The notes under the pieces: model-generated | Database searches by the model: none | Told to the model about the DNA's origin: nothing | What the model saw: the letters and a program-made list of their open reading frames with translations, nothing else | Source: Yuukianura sp. NJ FZ-2021 | Lineage: Eukaryota | NCBI GenBank assembly: GCA_046563655.1 | Contig: CM102284.1 | Coordinates: 2,356,001-2,420,000 of the forward strand | Direction of reading: 5' to 3' | DNA length: 64,000 bases | In this document: one piece after another, positions 37,436-50,429 of the stretch | Layout of the letters: each line of letters opens with the position of its first letter | Position numbering within the stretch: position 1 is the first letter of the stretch | Position numbers and translations under genes: made by a program

Positions 37436-39245
37436 TGTTACAACTGGACTGTTTAGCTCTATAGTTTACAATAGCTATATTTTAAATTAACAATTGTTTA
37501 TAGCAAGGCACCAAATTACGCTACACTAAATACTAAAAACGGAAATACTATTCAACACTTGAAAGACCAATTGCAACGGGTAGAAGAACTTAGTCCGTTT
37601 TAAATGTGTGTCGATTGAAATTGCATTTGCTTTTTTTATTCCATTTTTTACTTTTCCGGGTTTAGTTACTAACTCCTTTCTTTTAGTCTATGCGTTCCCA
37701 AGTTTTCAAAGCTATAGTTTGAACGTGTTTTCAATAAAACTGCTCAAAATTTCAATCAAGGGAAAAAACTTTTAGAATTAATTATTTTCACAATACTATT
37801 TTGAATTTTAAGTATTCCATGACCTATTAAAATGTGAAAGAAAAACCAAGCAAAGCTAAAAACAGTAGCATTGTTTTCTGCTGTGAATGCGAAAGCATTC
37901 AAAGAGAAATTAAAAACCAAACTTCAACTACAAATGTTCATTTTTCAACTTTTTCAAGTAGACAGTTTAATAATTTTTTAATTTAGTCAAGTTTGCTTAA
38001 CAAAATCTCAGAATTCATGGCACGCCGCAAATTTTGAACCACAATTATAGATTTCGTATATTGTCTGATCAAGGAAAAAATTTAACACATGTAGAGTGGA
38101 ATTTCCTGGGAACCTACCCAATTCTCTTGGAATAAATTACTTTTTTATTTTTGCAAATCAATAACTCATCATTTCCGGTAACAAAGTTATTAATTTTATG
38201 TCAAAGCAGAATGGTATAAAACTAGATCACAAGTGTAAAAACCGTGGCTAGTGTGTTAAAAGTATCAAGCCAAACAGAATTGAAAACTCTGCATGATTGT
38301 CAAACGTAACCACTTACTTGATCTCATGTTCTTCAAAAGTTTGTACCTTATAGGTTACTTGAACTATGTGAATTACTTTGTTTTTCTCAGTAAAATTTTC
38401 TGAAAACAAAACAACAAAATTTCCCTAAGAATTTCTAAAGCCAGATAAAGAAACCAATAAAATGAAGAAACGGCGAAAACAAAGCAAAAACAAAATATAA
38501 ATTGGTGCAGAAATGCAACAAAAAAGCTAGATTTGTCTTTTTTTCATCGGAATTACCAAAAGAAAAAACAAGAAACCGGTTTGAGTTTTTCTTAAGGATT
38601 TATGTTCCCGTCAACCGAATACGTTTACAAACAACAGGGATTGCCGAGATTTAAATTTTCCCAAAATAGCTTATCTTTAACATTAATCCCTATTGTAATT
38701 GAAATCATAGGAATAAAACTCATTCTACAAAAGTCAAGATTCCAGCATATGCATAATTTAAAATAAATGATTGGGAAATTTCTCTAAACGTTTGGGAAAA
38801 CTTCAAAATTCTTGTTTTAAACTTGTTCACCTTGCTGCTTAGGATGTGAGGTACATGAGCTCTTCCAGTAAGTATCCACAAAAAAAAAACTTTTCATAGT
38901 TTTCTAATCATTATCCAGTAGTTTTTCACGTAAGGAAAATAAGAAACAGAAAAAATTCCATTCTCATAGAGATATACACGAAACGGGAAGCCATAAAATG
39001 CTACTGGTTCTAATTGAACTTTCACTCCACCGGCCTTCATCTCTGTGATTTTTGAGCATTCTTATTCGAAAGACATTAGGAGGAATTTTTTTTATAGACG
39101 CGTACGCTTTTATAAGTGTAAGTTTCTCTACAGAGGCAGTACATTACTCGTAACCTGTGCGACTTACTTATAAAGGGGTGTAACGTTCAAAAAATTGGTG
39201 CATTTATTTTGCAATTATTAGCATTTGATATTGTGTCCAGCCAGC

Positions 39246-42200
39246 ATGTACCAACATCCCATTTCTCCGCTTGTTGGACATGTTTTGGCTACTGGTTTGT
39301 TTGCTATCCAAGGATTTTTTGAGTTTTACAATAATGTCAAAACACAAAAAGATTTCATAGCATCAAAGGCTTGGAGAGAACAGCTCAATTTGATAGAAAC
39401 GTTCGACTTTATTGTTGGTAAGAAAATATATGTGTACAGTGCTGTTTACGAAAAAAAATCGACACACAAAAATGTATTCATGGCATTTTTTCTCCACAAT
39501 TTGCGATTTCTGAGGGAGATTGGAACGAAAAAATCTACTATGAAAAATTACAGTTTTCTTCAAATTTGAAACGTAAATTCCCCCACAATTTTCAAAATCG
39601 ACAATTTTTTTTCAATTCCAAATTTCGATGAATTTGTTGGTCGGTGTGTACATTTTTGCGAGAGCAAGACTGTAGAAAATAGAATGTAAATGAACTATTT
39701 TTAAGACGTTTCTTGTGAGAGTGTTAACTTTTTAAATAATAACTAATAACAATAATTTACCCTACGCATTTGTTTTATGATTCTGAGATTATCTATAATT
39801 CTAAATTTTAAATATATTTTTAATGCATTTTATTTAGTTGGAGGTGGTTCAGCTGGAAGCGTTGTGTCCAATCGCTTGTCGGTGAACAATCGCGTACTAT
39901 TGCTAGAAATAGGCGGGGATCCAAATCCGGTTACCGCTTTTCCGGCATTTGTGGGATTGGTTGGTCTACCCGGTTGCGTTGAACAGTACGCAACTGAACC
40001 GCAGAATGGAGCAGCTTTAGGAATGTTCGAGAAGGTTTGACTAATTGTATTTAAGAAAAGTGAAGGCTTGAATTGAATTGTTGATTGTTGAAAAACATTT
40101 ATCAAGTAGAGGATCCATTGGAGTCGAGGATTGGGTCTTGGCGGTTCCAGTTCAATTAATGCAGCGATGTACCACAGGGGAAACCCAAAGGACTACGACA
40201 ACTGGGCAAGCATTACTGGCGATTCGGCATGGGGTTTTCGAAATGTTTTGAAATATTTCAAAAAAATGGAGGACTACAATGGAGAATATCCTAATTGTAA
40301 CAACCTTCAACTAATAAATACGTATAGCATACTTATAATACAACATTGAATTGAATGAGAGTCATTGTCTGTCTGTTCGTGTTTTGTAGCTAAACTGCAT
40401 TCTACTGGTGGCCCAATCAGAGTTGAAAGGGATAAGCTCCGGCTTTTAGAAAAATATTGGATGAGTGCTGCCAGAGAGCAAGGATATAGAATCAAAGATT
40501 CAAATTTAGAACAAGAAGGTACCAAACACAAAATCGCATTTACAATTAGAGAAAATAAAAATGGTGTATTTGGAACTTTGAATTTATGCATTTGTAGGAT
40601 TTGGATCGACTGAATTCACAATCCGAAATGGCGTCCGGTCTAGTACGTTTTCTGGCTACCTCAAACCTATTCTAAATCGCCCAAATTTGAAAATTTATCG
40701 GTACGCCAGAGTAGTGAAGGTAATATTACAAATATTGGGCACTGAGACGGTTTGCAACGTTTAAAAAAACATTCTTTTCTGTAAAAATTCTTAGATACAC
40801 TTGGACAAGACGAAACATGCTTACGGTGTTAGTTACATACGACACGGACAACGCAGGTTCGTTAGAGCCCGAAAAGAAGTAATTATCAGTACAGGAAGTA
40901 TTGAGACTCCAAAGCTATTGATGTTGTCTGGAATTGGACCAAAGCTTCATCTCAATGCAACTGGGGTAATATTATCAACAAAACTACATATCAACATGAA
41001 CTACAACTACGTTTTTTTATATTTCAGATTAAAACAAGAGTAAATTTACCCGTAGGTGAAAATTTACAAGACCATTTTAACGTCCTGTTTGGACCGTTTC
41101 TTCTGGATGGGACAACTGATTTCAACTCTCACTTAAATCCGCTGACTGTATTTACAGAATATTTCCAACATCCCAAACAAGGTTACTTTCAAAAAAGCCA
41201 AGATATGTGTAGAAGAATCACAAAATAACTAAAGCACTTTTTAAGCACGCTTTGACGTCAATGTAGGAATACTTGCCTCCGTCCTTCAGTCTGTCACTGG
41301 TTTTGTTTCCAGCACTGTGCGAAATGAGTCGTTGTGGCCAGATATTGAGTACATGGCCGCTCCAGTGAAGCTTGTTCCAGGAATTGGAAATTTCATAAGT
41401 TCTTTGTTTAACATAAAACCAAATATAATGGACGGGTACTTAGGGGAGTACATACTAAGGTTGAAAAACGCTGCATATGTTTTTGTTGGACTTCAAAGAC
41501 CTAAGAGCGTCGGTAGCATAATGCTCGCCAGTAAAGATGCATTCCAACCACCATTAATTCAACCCAACTACCTCAGTCATCCAGACGATATCAAAGTATT
41601 AGTAGAAGGTATGCCAAGAAAAATTTTCTACTTTACCAATAGTTGTAATTCTAACACTATATTGCTACTGTGAACTTAGGAATACAAAGACTCGTGACTC
41701 TGGTAGAGAAAACAAAAGCATTTGCTAGACTCAACGCTAGGTTAATACCATACAAATTACCACCATGCCAAAAGTTGAAACACAAAAGTCCAAAATATTA
41801 TGAGTGTTTCATACGCTATTTGGGAGCTACGTAAGTCCATTACAAGCATCACAAACATAAAACAAAACAATTCATACATAAATGTACTAGTACGGAATAA
41901 TGTTGAAAAAATATTTGGTATAACGTACATGCAATATTATGTAACAATACACGTTTTAAAGTGACCTAGCTAACTAAAGTGATGTAGTATTACATGTCCT
42001 TGGCATTACAATTTGTATTACTACTCTAGGATCCACCATCCCGTAGGAACATGTGCCATGGGTAGCGGTTTGAAAGACAAACGCGCAGTATTAGACTCGA
42101 AGTTAAGGTATTTGGAACAAACTTAAAAAACTTGATGTCTTTCGTGTTTACCATACTTTCCCTTCACTTGTAGGGTTCTGAAGACAAGGAGTCTCAGAGT

Positions 42201-42390
42201 AATTGATGCCTCCGTTATGCCGGTAATCGTCAACGCCAATACAAATATACCGACAATCATGATAGGAGAAATTGGGAGCGACTTCATCCGAGAATATTGG
42301 CAACAACAATACGCCATTTGCTTGTGGTTTCAATTTACATTCTTATATTTAGATGAACATTCTGCGTGTTTTTATACACAGTTTACGTAA
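39246..42390 (+). CDS. GMC oxidoreductase (glucose dehydrogenase [FAD]-like), multi-exon
   Basis: FDFIV|VGGGSAGSVVSNRLS, GLGGSSSINAAMYHRG, PKLLMLSGIGP, HHPVGTCAMG, LRVIDASVMP and NTNIPTIMIGE motifs. Confidence 0.93.
39437..39672. mobile_element. Degenerate Tc1/mariner-type MITE in GMC intron 1, related to the element at 2454-2678
   Basis: TA|cagtgctgtttacgaaaaaaaatcgacac ... gtgtacatttttgcgagagcaagactg|TA; shares an internal cccc..acaattttXaaaa motif with the 2454 element. Confidence 0.55.
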
Positions 42391-42970
42391 TACTGTAACT
42401 CAGCTAAAATCAAAGCTTGAGTTTTTCTAAATGTAAGAAAACGTAGAATCAACAGTGTTAAACGCTGTATGTAAGTAGCGAAATAAAAATGTAGAGAAGC
42501 AGACTTAAGTAGTTTTTTGAAACCGTTATGAAACTTTTTTGTCGAAAAAAAAACAACAATATTATTCTTCTTCCAACAAACAAGTTATTAAAAAGGTCAT
42601 CTCAACGTCTGCATCAGATAAATCAGATCTGATTCTCATTCGATAATTCTTCTATGTTCTAAACTGCAAAATTGAAATCGGACACAGCCAAGATTCACAA
42701 GTCTTTTCTGATTTCTAGCAATTCGAATTTGGCGTGAATCAAATTGCATTTAGGCTTCAAATTATCCAAATTCAAATGCGAAAATAAACTGTACCAATGA
42801 TATTCGTGATTTGTATATTTAAGTTAGACTGCGTGTAAACATAATTTGTGCGCTATTAAAAATAGGTTAACGTTTCTATAAAATGGTCCACAGACATATG
42901 GTGCGTTGCTTAAAACTTGTCATGACGCCTCCATCCTCCCATTCTAGTACTAGTTTACGTTTATGTGTCT

Positions 42971-45900
42971 TCATCGGAAGCTTCTGAAGACCAGTGCTCG
43001 TCTCCTGGGTTCGTAAGAAGGTGGTAGCTGAAACAACCAAGAGGAAATTAGTACTCTCTATTCATATGACCCCTGACCCAAGTCCCCAGAAAACACAAAA
43101 ATGGAAGGATCAAATGCGTTACCAAGAATCGTATAAAGCAATTTGAGAAAAACAAGAAGTAACGCATTTGGATCCAAAGAAAAGTCATGCAAGAGAGGAA
43201 ATATAAGGGTGATAGAACAGGCAAGCGCAGACGCAAGATCGCCTGCAGCGAAGGCGGTAATTTGAAATCCCTGCGACAGCATTTAAACAGCAGACTACTC
43301 CCCAGTGGTTACTACGACTACTCGCTGGGGGTGTATTGCATTTAGGGGTCGGAATCCGTATTTTGGCTCCGGATTCAAATCCGGATTTTTGACGGATTCG
43401 GATTATCCGAAATCCGGATTTTTGAATACTGAAATCCGGATTTCTACGGATTTCAAGAGCTATTCGAGGGCATGTGCGGTATCAAAAAAAAAAATAGCCA
43501 ACCTCAGATTTACTCAATTTCAGGGTTCGTAAAATATCGTATTTTGTATTGTTGTGCCAATGTTGTGCTAATGTTGTGCCAATGTTGTGCTAATGTTGTG
43601 CCAATGTTGTGCTAATGTTGTGCCAATGTTGTGCCAATGTTGTGCCAATGTTGTTCTAATGTTGTGCTAATGTTGTGCCAATGTTGTGCCAATGTTGTTC
43701 TAATGTTGTGCTAATGTTGTGCCAATGTTGTGCTAATGTTGTGCTAATGTTGTGCCAATGTTGTGCCAATGTTGTGCCAATGTTGTGCTAATGTTGTTCC
43801 GATGTTGTTCTAATGTTGTGCTAATGTTGTTCCGATGTTGTGCTAATGTTGTGCTAATGTTGTGCCAATGTTGCGCTAATGGTGTGCTAATGTTGTGCTA
43901 ATGTTGTGCTAATGTTGTGCCAATGTTGTGCTAATGTTGTGCCAATGTTTCATTTTTTTTTCAACACTAGTAATTTGATTCAAAAAATAAACACGCCGAA
44001 TTTATCATCAAGGTTTTAGCTACGAGTGTTTCCAACCTGCATTTCTGACAGCTTAAACCAATTTTGAATTTCTTATGGGAGTTAACACAGAAATCCGGAT
44101 TTCAGGATTGAAATCCGTGAAAATCCGAAATCCGGATTTTAAGAATCCGGATTCCGACCCCTAATTGCATTCAAGTAGGCTTCGCTTAAAAACGACGCAG
44201 AAATCTTTTGGTTGCGCGCCGGGAAGCTCTTAGTAAATAAATCCCAAGGAGAAACCCGCAGTTTCGTTAAAGCGGCAAAAGAGAGAAGCTTCGTTCTTAC
44301 GGGAGCCCCGATTCTACTCAGATATCGGTTTCTAATGTGAAACTCTGAATCAGTGAGGGAAGAGGGCGAAGGTACTGCTGCTGCGTAAAGTTGATCTCTT
44401 TCAAGTGTCTCCATGAGCCTACAACAGAGCAGGACACTGTATGCACTTTGCACGCTAAAGGACAACCCATGTCTCTATTACTTCAGCTGGGGCAGGAATA
44501 CTTGAATTTCCAAGTATTCCAAGGAAGGAAGAAGGGAGAAGACGAATTATTACTTGGGGAAATAAAATGAATCGAGTGTCTCACATTTTGCTATTTTCCC
44601 AATGATCTCGTGCTGCAATGCTCAAATTCAGATTACCCTTGTGAAATGAATCGGAAAACCAAAGGACGAGCGTAAAAGCCAGTGACACTGCGACAAACAG
44701 AAAGAAAGTCATGAGTCTACAAGTGGATGGCACTCGTCACCTGTAACAACGTTAGTTGACGCAGCCCTCAGTCTCCTCTTCCGATTCCTCTGATTGGCAC
44801 TTGATTTTTTCTAGGAAACGTCGTTTTGATGCAGTCATGCTCAGGATTCCAGTCGTCCTCCAGTCCTGGACCCACACTGCCAGGATCATCACGAGAGCCA
44901 CTGCGCATATTCAACAAGTCTCCAACAATAAACCTCTGCCCCTTTACCCGTCCCATTTCCAAATAAAAAAAACACTGTAAGCAAAACGTATAATCTTACG
45001 AGAGAGCCAGGAGAGGAAAAACACTTCCAGCAAGAGATAGCCACCCATGTCCACAATGTAGCCTGCAGTCATAGAGATGACGGCGAGACCAAAGTTCTGG
45101 AAGGCCTGCATGATTCCGTAGGCAGTGCCTAACTGATGTTCAGGCAACACAAGAGCCACCATCTATCACAACACATAATCATTATACTCACAATCAACAC
45201 TGGACTGGACTGTCCATAGAGTACTTACAGGCCACAGTGCACTGGCCAACATAGAGTAGGCGAGACCCATCGTGATCATGGCAATGTATGGATTGAGGAA
45301 CGTAAAAGCCAGTAGGCAATGTGCGAATATCGATACGAGAATAGAACAGAAAACGAAGAAAATATTTCTTCCCGCTCGGTCCACAACGAAGCCAAAGATT
45401 GGAGAAGCGAAGGCAGAAACAACATACAGAATGCTGTTGACTGTGTTCGCACTATCCGGTAACATATCAAACTTGCGTTCAAAGAACACTCTGTAAGTAA
45501 AAGAAAGAACAGTGTCAACTTTGGTTCCAGTAGCCAGCGAATGAGGTAGGCTATGCATGGGGTTTAGTGTGTAACTCACTTGCCGAGGGCTATAAACGGG
45601 AAAATGGCGACGTAGTACGCAACGCAAGTGGCCGACATGAGCCAGAAAGAACCCGGGAAGTCTTTGATGTCTGAGAATCTAATAGTGTCAACAATGTGGC
45701 CCTCGGGTCGCTTGTTCAGAATTTTGTCTCTTCTAAAATCGAAAACTGCGAGTATAATGGCGCAGAACAGAGAGCCAACACATGTGAGTGCAGCTAGGAA
45801 ATAAGATTAACTGATTAAGGCGTTGAATTTATTATGTCTTTTGTAATTTCTGTTGACTGTGTCTTACCGAGGAGAAGTACGACACCGAGACATGTGTGAC

Positions 45901-46761
45901 CTTGGTAGAAGTTTTCTACCCAGTGGTAGACATGGTCGATGGTGTTGAAATTGACGGTGGACCCCACACGGGCAAAGCTCAGTTGCAGTCCAAATACCAT
46001 GTTCAGTTCCTTCCCCTTGAACCAGCTGACAGCATAAGTGTTTTGAGCGACAGCCAGTGACTCTGCGCCAATTCTGCAACAGAGTGTAATTATTGTATTT
46101 TTAAGCAGGGGAAATAATGACAATACATTTTTGCAAATGCTCAAATGGTACCCGAAAATGAAGCGACCCATGAGCATGAGCCAAAAGTGATTGAATATTC
46201 CTCCGAGGGCAAAAACGACTTGCCCAATGAGGAGTAAGACACAAAAGATGATTGTTCCCAGTCGAACGCCGAAGATACTTCAAGTAAACAATAAAAATTT
46301 TTTAGTAATTTTTAGTGGGCACAACGGTGGGTTGAAGTAGTTGCTAGGATACGAGAATACAGTATGGGTTTACCTGTCGAGTAGGAAACCACCTATGAAG
46401 CAAAACACGACATTTGGCCACGAGTACCAGGAATAGAGTTGCGCGAATTCGGCTGTGGAAATGTCCATGTCCACAATGAAACTATCCTGCAGAGCACCGG
46501 GATTATCATAGCAAAAATAGGAACCTGGGAGACAAACAGAATTCAATAATTAAAACAACACAAAATAATTCCATAGATTTGACTTTTGATGCAGCTTTGC
46601 TTACCGAAACCGAGGAGGCACATGAAAACGAGTGCCATGAACCGGTGAAGAGTGCTCCTGGGGTCACAAAAGTAGTAGCCACACCCTCTGCCATGTTCAA
46701 CGCTGACTTCCGGATGTGCGGAACTGTTGCTCTCACTAACAAGGTTCTCCGTGTCGTCCAT
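42971..46761 (-). CDS. MFSD1: Major facilitator superfamily domain-containing protein 1 (lysosomal transporter), multi-exon
   Basis: HRFMALVFMCLLGFG|SYFCYDNPGALQD, LYSWYSWPN, GAESLAVAQNTYAVSWFKGKELNMVFGLQLSFARVGSTVN, EHQLGTAYGIMQAFQN. Tail exons 44585-44687, ~44301-44418 (IRNRYLSRIGAP) and 42971-43027. Confidence 0.92.
43343..44163. mobile_element. hAT-type MITE (821 bp) in the last MFSD1 intron
   Basis: TIRs taggggtcggaatccg / cggattccgaccccta, perfect 8 bp TSD attgcatt (43335-42, 44164-71), multiple subterminal aatccggat motifs. Confidence 0.92.
43548..43948. repeat. 10 bp minisatellite (tgttgtgcYaa-type), ~40 copies, inside the hAT MITE
   Basis: Directly visible tandem array with gcca/gcta/tcta variants. 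Confidence 0.95.
44717..44900 (-). CDS. Putative alternative terminal exon of MFSD1 (paralog of exon 44585-44687)
   Basis: The acceptor gcgcag| is in the same phase as the downstream exon. It encodes LALVMILAVWVQDWRTTGILSMTASKRRFLE...stop versus LSLAFTLVLWFSDSFHKGNLNLSIAARDHWE. Confidence 0.6.
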
Positions 46762-47215
46762 TGTCTAGGAACTGGAAGCAACTCCCACGAACTTAAAGTC
46801 TTTCTATGATTCCGATTCCTTGGGATGGGACTGGGAGACGGAGATGTGGTTAGACGTTAGATTTTAGGTTGCTGGGGGTATTGGACTCTACTCGATGAGT
46901 CAGATGGGTGGATTAACCTTCTCTGTAAACTTAACTTTTAAACCTCCTACGTTTAGGTTACATAACCCAACTTTCACCTTCATTGATTTAAACTGCGAAT
47001 CCTCGCCCTTTAATTTCTTTTAGAAACAAATCTCTTATCAAAAGATAAGTGCTTTCACTCCCGCCCACCATAAACATCTGGAGCAGATTAAATGAACCAT
47101 AGTTGTGCAACAGGGTGCGGAATCCCTACAGAAGCAATAACTCTTAGCACACTCTCGTATGATAACCATGTGAAGTATAAAGTACATATAAATATTTACT
47201 ATGTAAGTATTATGT

Positions 47216-47258
47216 ATAAGCTAGTACTGTGATATTACATATCACAGTACTAGCTTAT
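47216..47258. repeat. Perfect 20 bp inverted repeat with 3 nt loop
   Basis: ataagctagtactgtgatat-tac-atatcacagtactagcttat. Confidence 0.95.
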
Positions 47259-47959
47259 GTTAGCTAGGTTCTCCAGAAAATCTTAAGTTCAAAAATTGGT
47301 TTTAATTTGTTGCGTTTTTACTAATAAGTTACGCAATGTACCGTATTATGTAAGGTACTACAGTAGATACACCAAAATTTTTGTAATAAGTTGGAACTAT
47401 CGAATTACTTGGTTTACTTAATATATAAAATGATATAGAATAGCCTTAAGCATAAAGTTAGGTTAGGGCCAAAGTGTGCAATATATGTTGGGAGCCAATA
47501 CTGGACGGCTGTAACACGTTTTCTAAGGAGAATAATAATCCCGTTCCGGTTTCTGCCGCATCTTCGTAACACACGTTTGGTATTTGTGAGGAGAAAGGTA
47601 AATAACTAAAGCTCTACGGTACTTCTGTCCCGTTACCTTTCACCTTTAGGCTCACACTAATCCTCGAAAAAGTCCGAAAACTCCGTTGACAAAAGAACAC
47701 GTACGTCTTCTGACTGGAGATGCGTGTCTACAACATGCTGGCTGGAGAAGACTTTACGAGTCGTAAATTACGACTGTACCTAAGTTTTCTATGGACCGTC
47801 CGTCCGTTTGTCGAAATTTTTCGTAATTTGTTCCCCCTTAAGGTTTCTCCGTCGATTCCCCGCTTCTGCGTAAAATTATGTAACTATAATAATTCCGCTC
47901 ACATACCTATTTATTGAAGTATTTATTCAAGTATTGGTAAGAACAACTTTCAATTAAAA

Positions 47960-48952
47960 TTAACTTTTTGTTTCTGTATCCTTCAGAAGGAATTTTGATA
48001 TCTTCGAGTTAAACAATTTATGTTCGCTGGAATGGAAGTAGTGGGAGCCATTTGGATGAACATATAGCTTGCAATTGGGCAGATTTTGATGGAAGTAGTG
48101 CGCATGTTCCACAAACACGAGTGTGTCCATCTCCCCATGGAGGATGAATACAGGGCACTTAATTTTCGGTAAATCAGATTTGAAGATGTCAGTGTACCCA
48201 CAGTAGCTGTACAGAAATTCATTCCACAGAGCTTGAACTTCGGGGCCGTAAGCTTCTTCTAGTCTGGCCCTTGCAGCTAGGTTCCAGTTGCTGATGACCC
48301 GAAAGTTATTGAGCGACCTCTTTTCTTCGTCAGTGACGTAACTACTGCATCCATGCGCCACGATTTTAAATATTTCCGCGGGATACTCAGCTCCCATGAT
48401 CAACGCCACCCTCCCGCCATCACTAAATCCAAGGATGGAATACGTTTTCAGACCAAGCTCCTTCTGCACATATTAAAAAACACCGTAAATTATTAACTTT
48501 GGGCAACCAACATATACCGTATTGAAATATAAACGATTCAAACAACAGTACGACAATAGAACACAAAAATTCAAAATTTGGCGCCGAACCGTCATGAGCT
48601 GGTGGTACACCTCAGCGTCGTGCCAGTAGTGCCTCTCGATCGGGCGTTTGGCTGGTCGACTTCTGCCCCAGCCAATGGGATCTACGCTAATCAGCGTAAA
48701 TTTTGTTAGGTCGAGACCATTCTGCTGTTTATCAAAATGGATGTTTCCTGACCCTACAAATTGAAAAAAATATACACAATTCAAAAATTTCCAATTAAAA
48801 TGAATATTGAATCTATCAACTATTTTTTTTTGCAGAGTCGGATGTTTACCTAACGCTCCAGGGATCAACAGCAGGAAATGCGTTCCAGATCCACGACGTT
48901 CATAGTAGAGTTCACTTTCTCCAAATTTGAATCTCCCAGAAGTAACTTCCAT
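47960..48952 (-). CDS. Valacyclovir hydrolase/BPHL-like serine hydrolase, 3 exons
   Basis: LYYERRGSGTHFLLLIPGALG, DPIGWGRSRP, nucleophile GFSDGG, IKCPVFILHGEMD and NGSHYFH motifs. Confidence 0.88.
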
Positions 48953-49783
48953 AGTACCAGACTACTTAATTGCAATTGCAATCAAAAGTTAATTAAAAAT
49001 TGAATCCAAGTCCAGATATCAGCTGCTTCCTACTCCTTGCTTCTCCAAAATCTCACTTATTCATTTCAACTTGAAACTGCTAATGAAAAAGTTGAAAAAG
49101 TGTGAAACGAAAACCAACTTTAAAAAAAATTTCTTCACACGAAAAATCTCCTTTAGTTGGAAAACGCCGATGCGATGCTTAGATAGACATAAATGTACGC
49201 AACTTATAAGCTTTTAGCTTACTTACGGAATTCAAAATAGTACTCAAATATTTTATTCTCAACCGTAATTAAAAATTTTTTTATGTGTTAATTGAACTCA
49301 AAGCTTATGTTGAATTCACTTCAAGAGTTGGAGGCCGACTGCACTAATAAAATTCTCTTACCTTGAACTTCTGAACTGTTTTTCTCACAGAAACCAGTTA
49401 ATTAACTCCAGAAAAACCTTAATTTTTTGTTGCTAAAACTATTCATCAACAGGGAATTTCGCTTTTAAACAACTCTCAACCACTTTTCATTTGTTTTAGG
49501 TCCAGGGTTTATGATCTTACCTAAGAAACAACATTTTCATCAACATTTCGTGGAAATTAATTTACATGCATTAATGTTGCACATCTATCTAGGTAGTATT
49601 TTTAACTCCATTGCCGTAACATTTGATTCGACAATTTTTGCAGTTCTTCTGAACTACGGAGAATTTTTAGACGTAGTATCTCAAAATCAGTTGTTGTTTT
49701 TTTTAATTGTGTTACTTTAAACTGGAAAAACACGAATTCAAAAATTGAAAAATTGGAATTTGACAACATCGGGCGTAATGTGT

Positions 49784-50002
49784 TTTATAGTTTGTCTATT
49801 TTTAGAAGGCGGGTTTGTTTCGTTGATTTTTTCGCTTCCATTGCGACGCTTATGGCAAAACTCAGTTTTTGAAAAACACTTTCTCCATTAGGTTTGTATA
49901 CAAAATTTTACAAAATTGATAATTTCTATGTTAACGGTCCATAAGGCGACAGAAATTTTTTCAGATTTGAAAACCGCCTTCTAAAAATAGACAAACTATA
50001 AA
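49784..50002. mobile_element. ~220 bp MITE
   Basis: 29 bp perfect inverted ends tttatagtttgtctatttttagaaggcgg / ccgccttctaaaaatagacaaactataaa; TA-rich termini; a second degenerate copy lies near 23154. Confidence 0.8.
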
Positions 50003-50429
50003 TGCAGAGAATTATGACTTGTTCGGTGTTGAGCAATTATGGTTTATTATTTGCAGAATAAAATCGTGTTTTAGCACTGGTATTCAAGCAGTATTTAGAA
50101 AAACATAATTAATTCCTAGAATATATTCTAGGCATTAGGACTTGAAAAAGTTATACTGCCTTAAGCATATGCAGAAGAAATCGTTAAGCTAAAGCAAGAA
50201 CAATTAACAAGATCAATCTCCTGTGTGAACACAAAATCAATTTCAAAATTACACATTTTCGATTGAAAATCATGTTTTCACAACTAAGATTACATCAAAA
50301 TTTGAGTTCAGGCGGATTTTCCAGTCTATAAAACCCAGAAACTCTGCTGCCCTTTTTTTAAAACAAAAATTCTCTTTTCGTAAGAAAAACAAACATACCT
50401 GAAAATCTTCAGCGATTTTTTTTTTCAAA

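Noticed and set aside
43548-43948. Regular repeat array as a possible CRISPR
   Set aside because: Contiguous 10 bp units with no unique spacers, inside a hAT MITE, in a eukaryote with no cas genes.
44768-44962. 64 aa ORF MEMGRVKG...
   Set aside because: Wrong frame; the meaningful reading is the MFSD1-like alternative exon in another frame.
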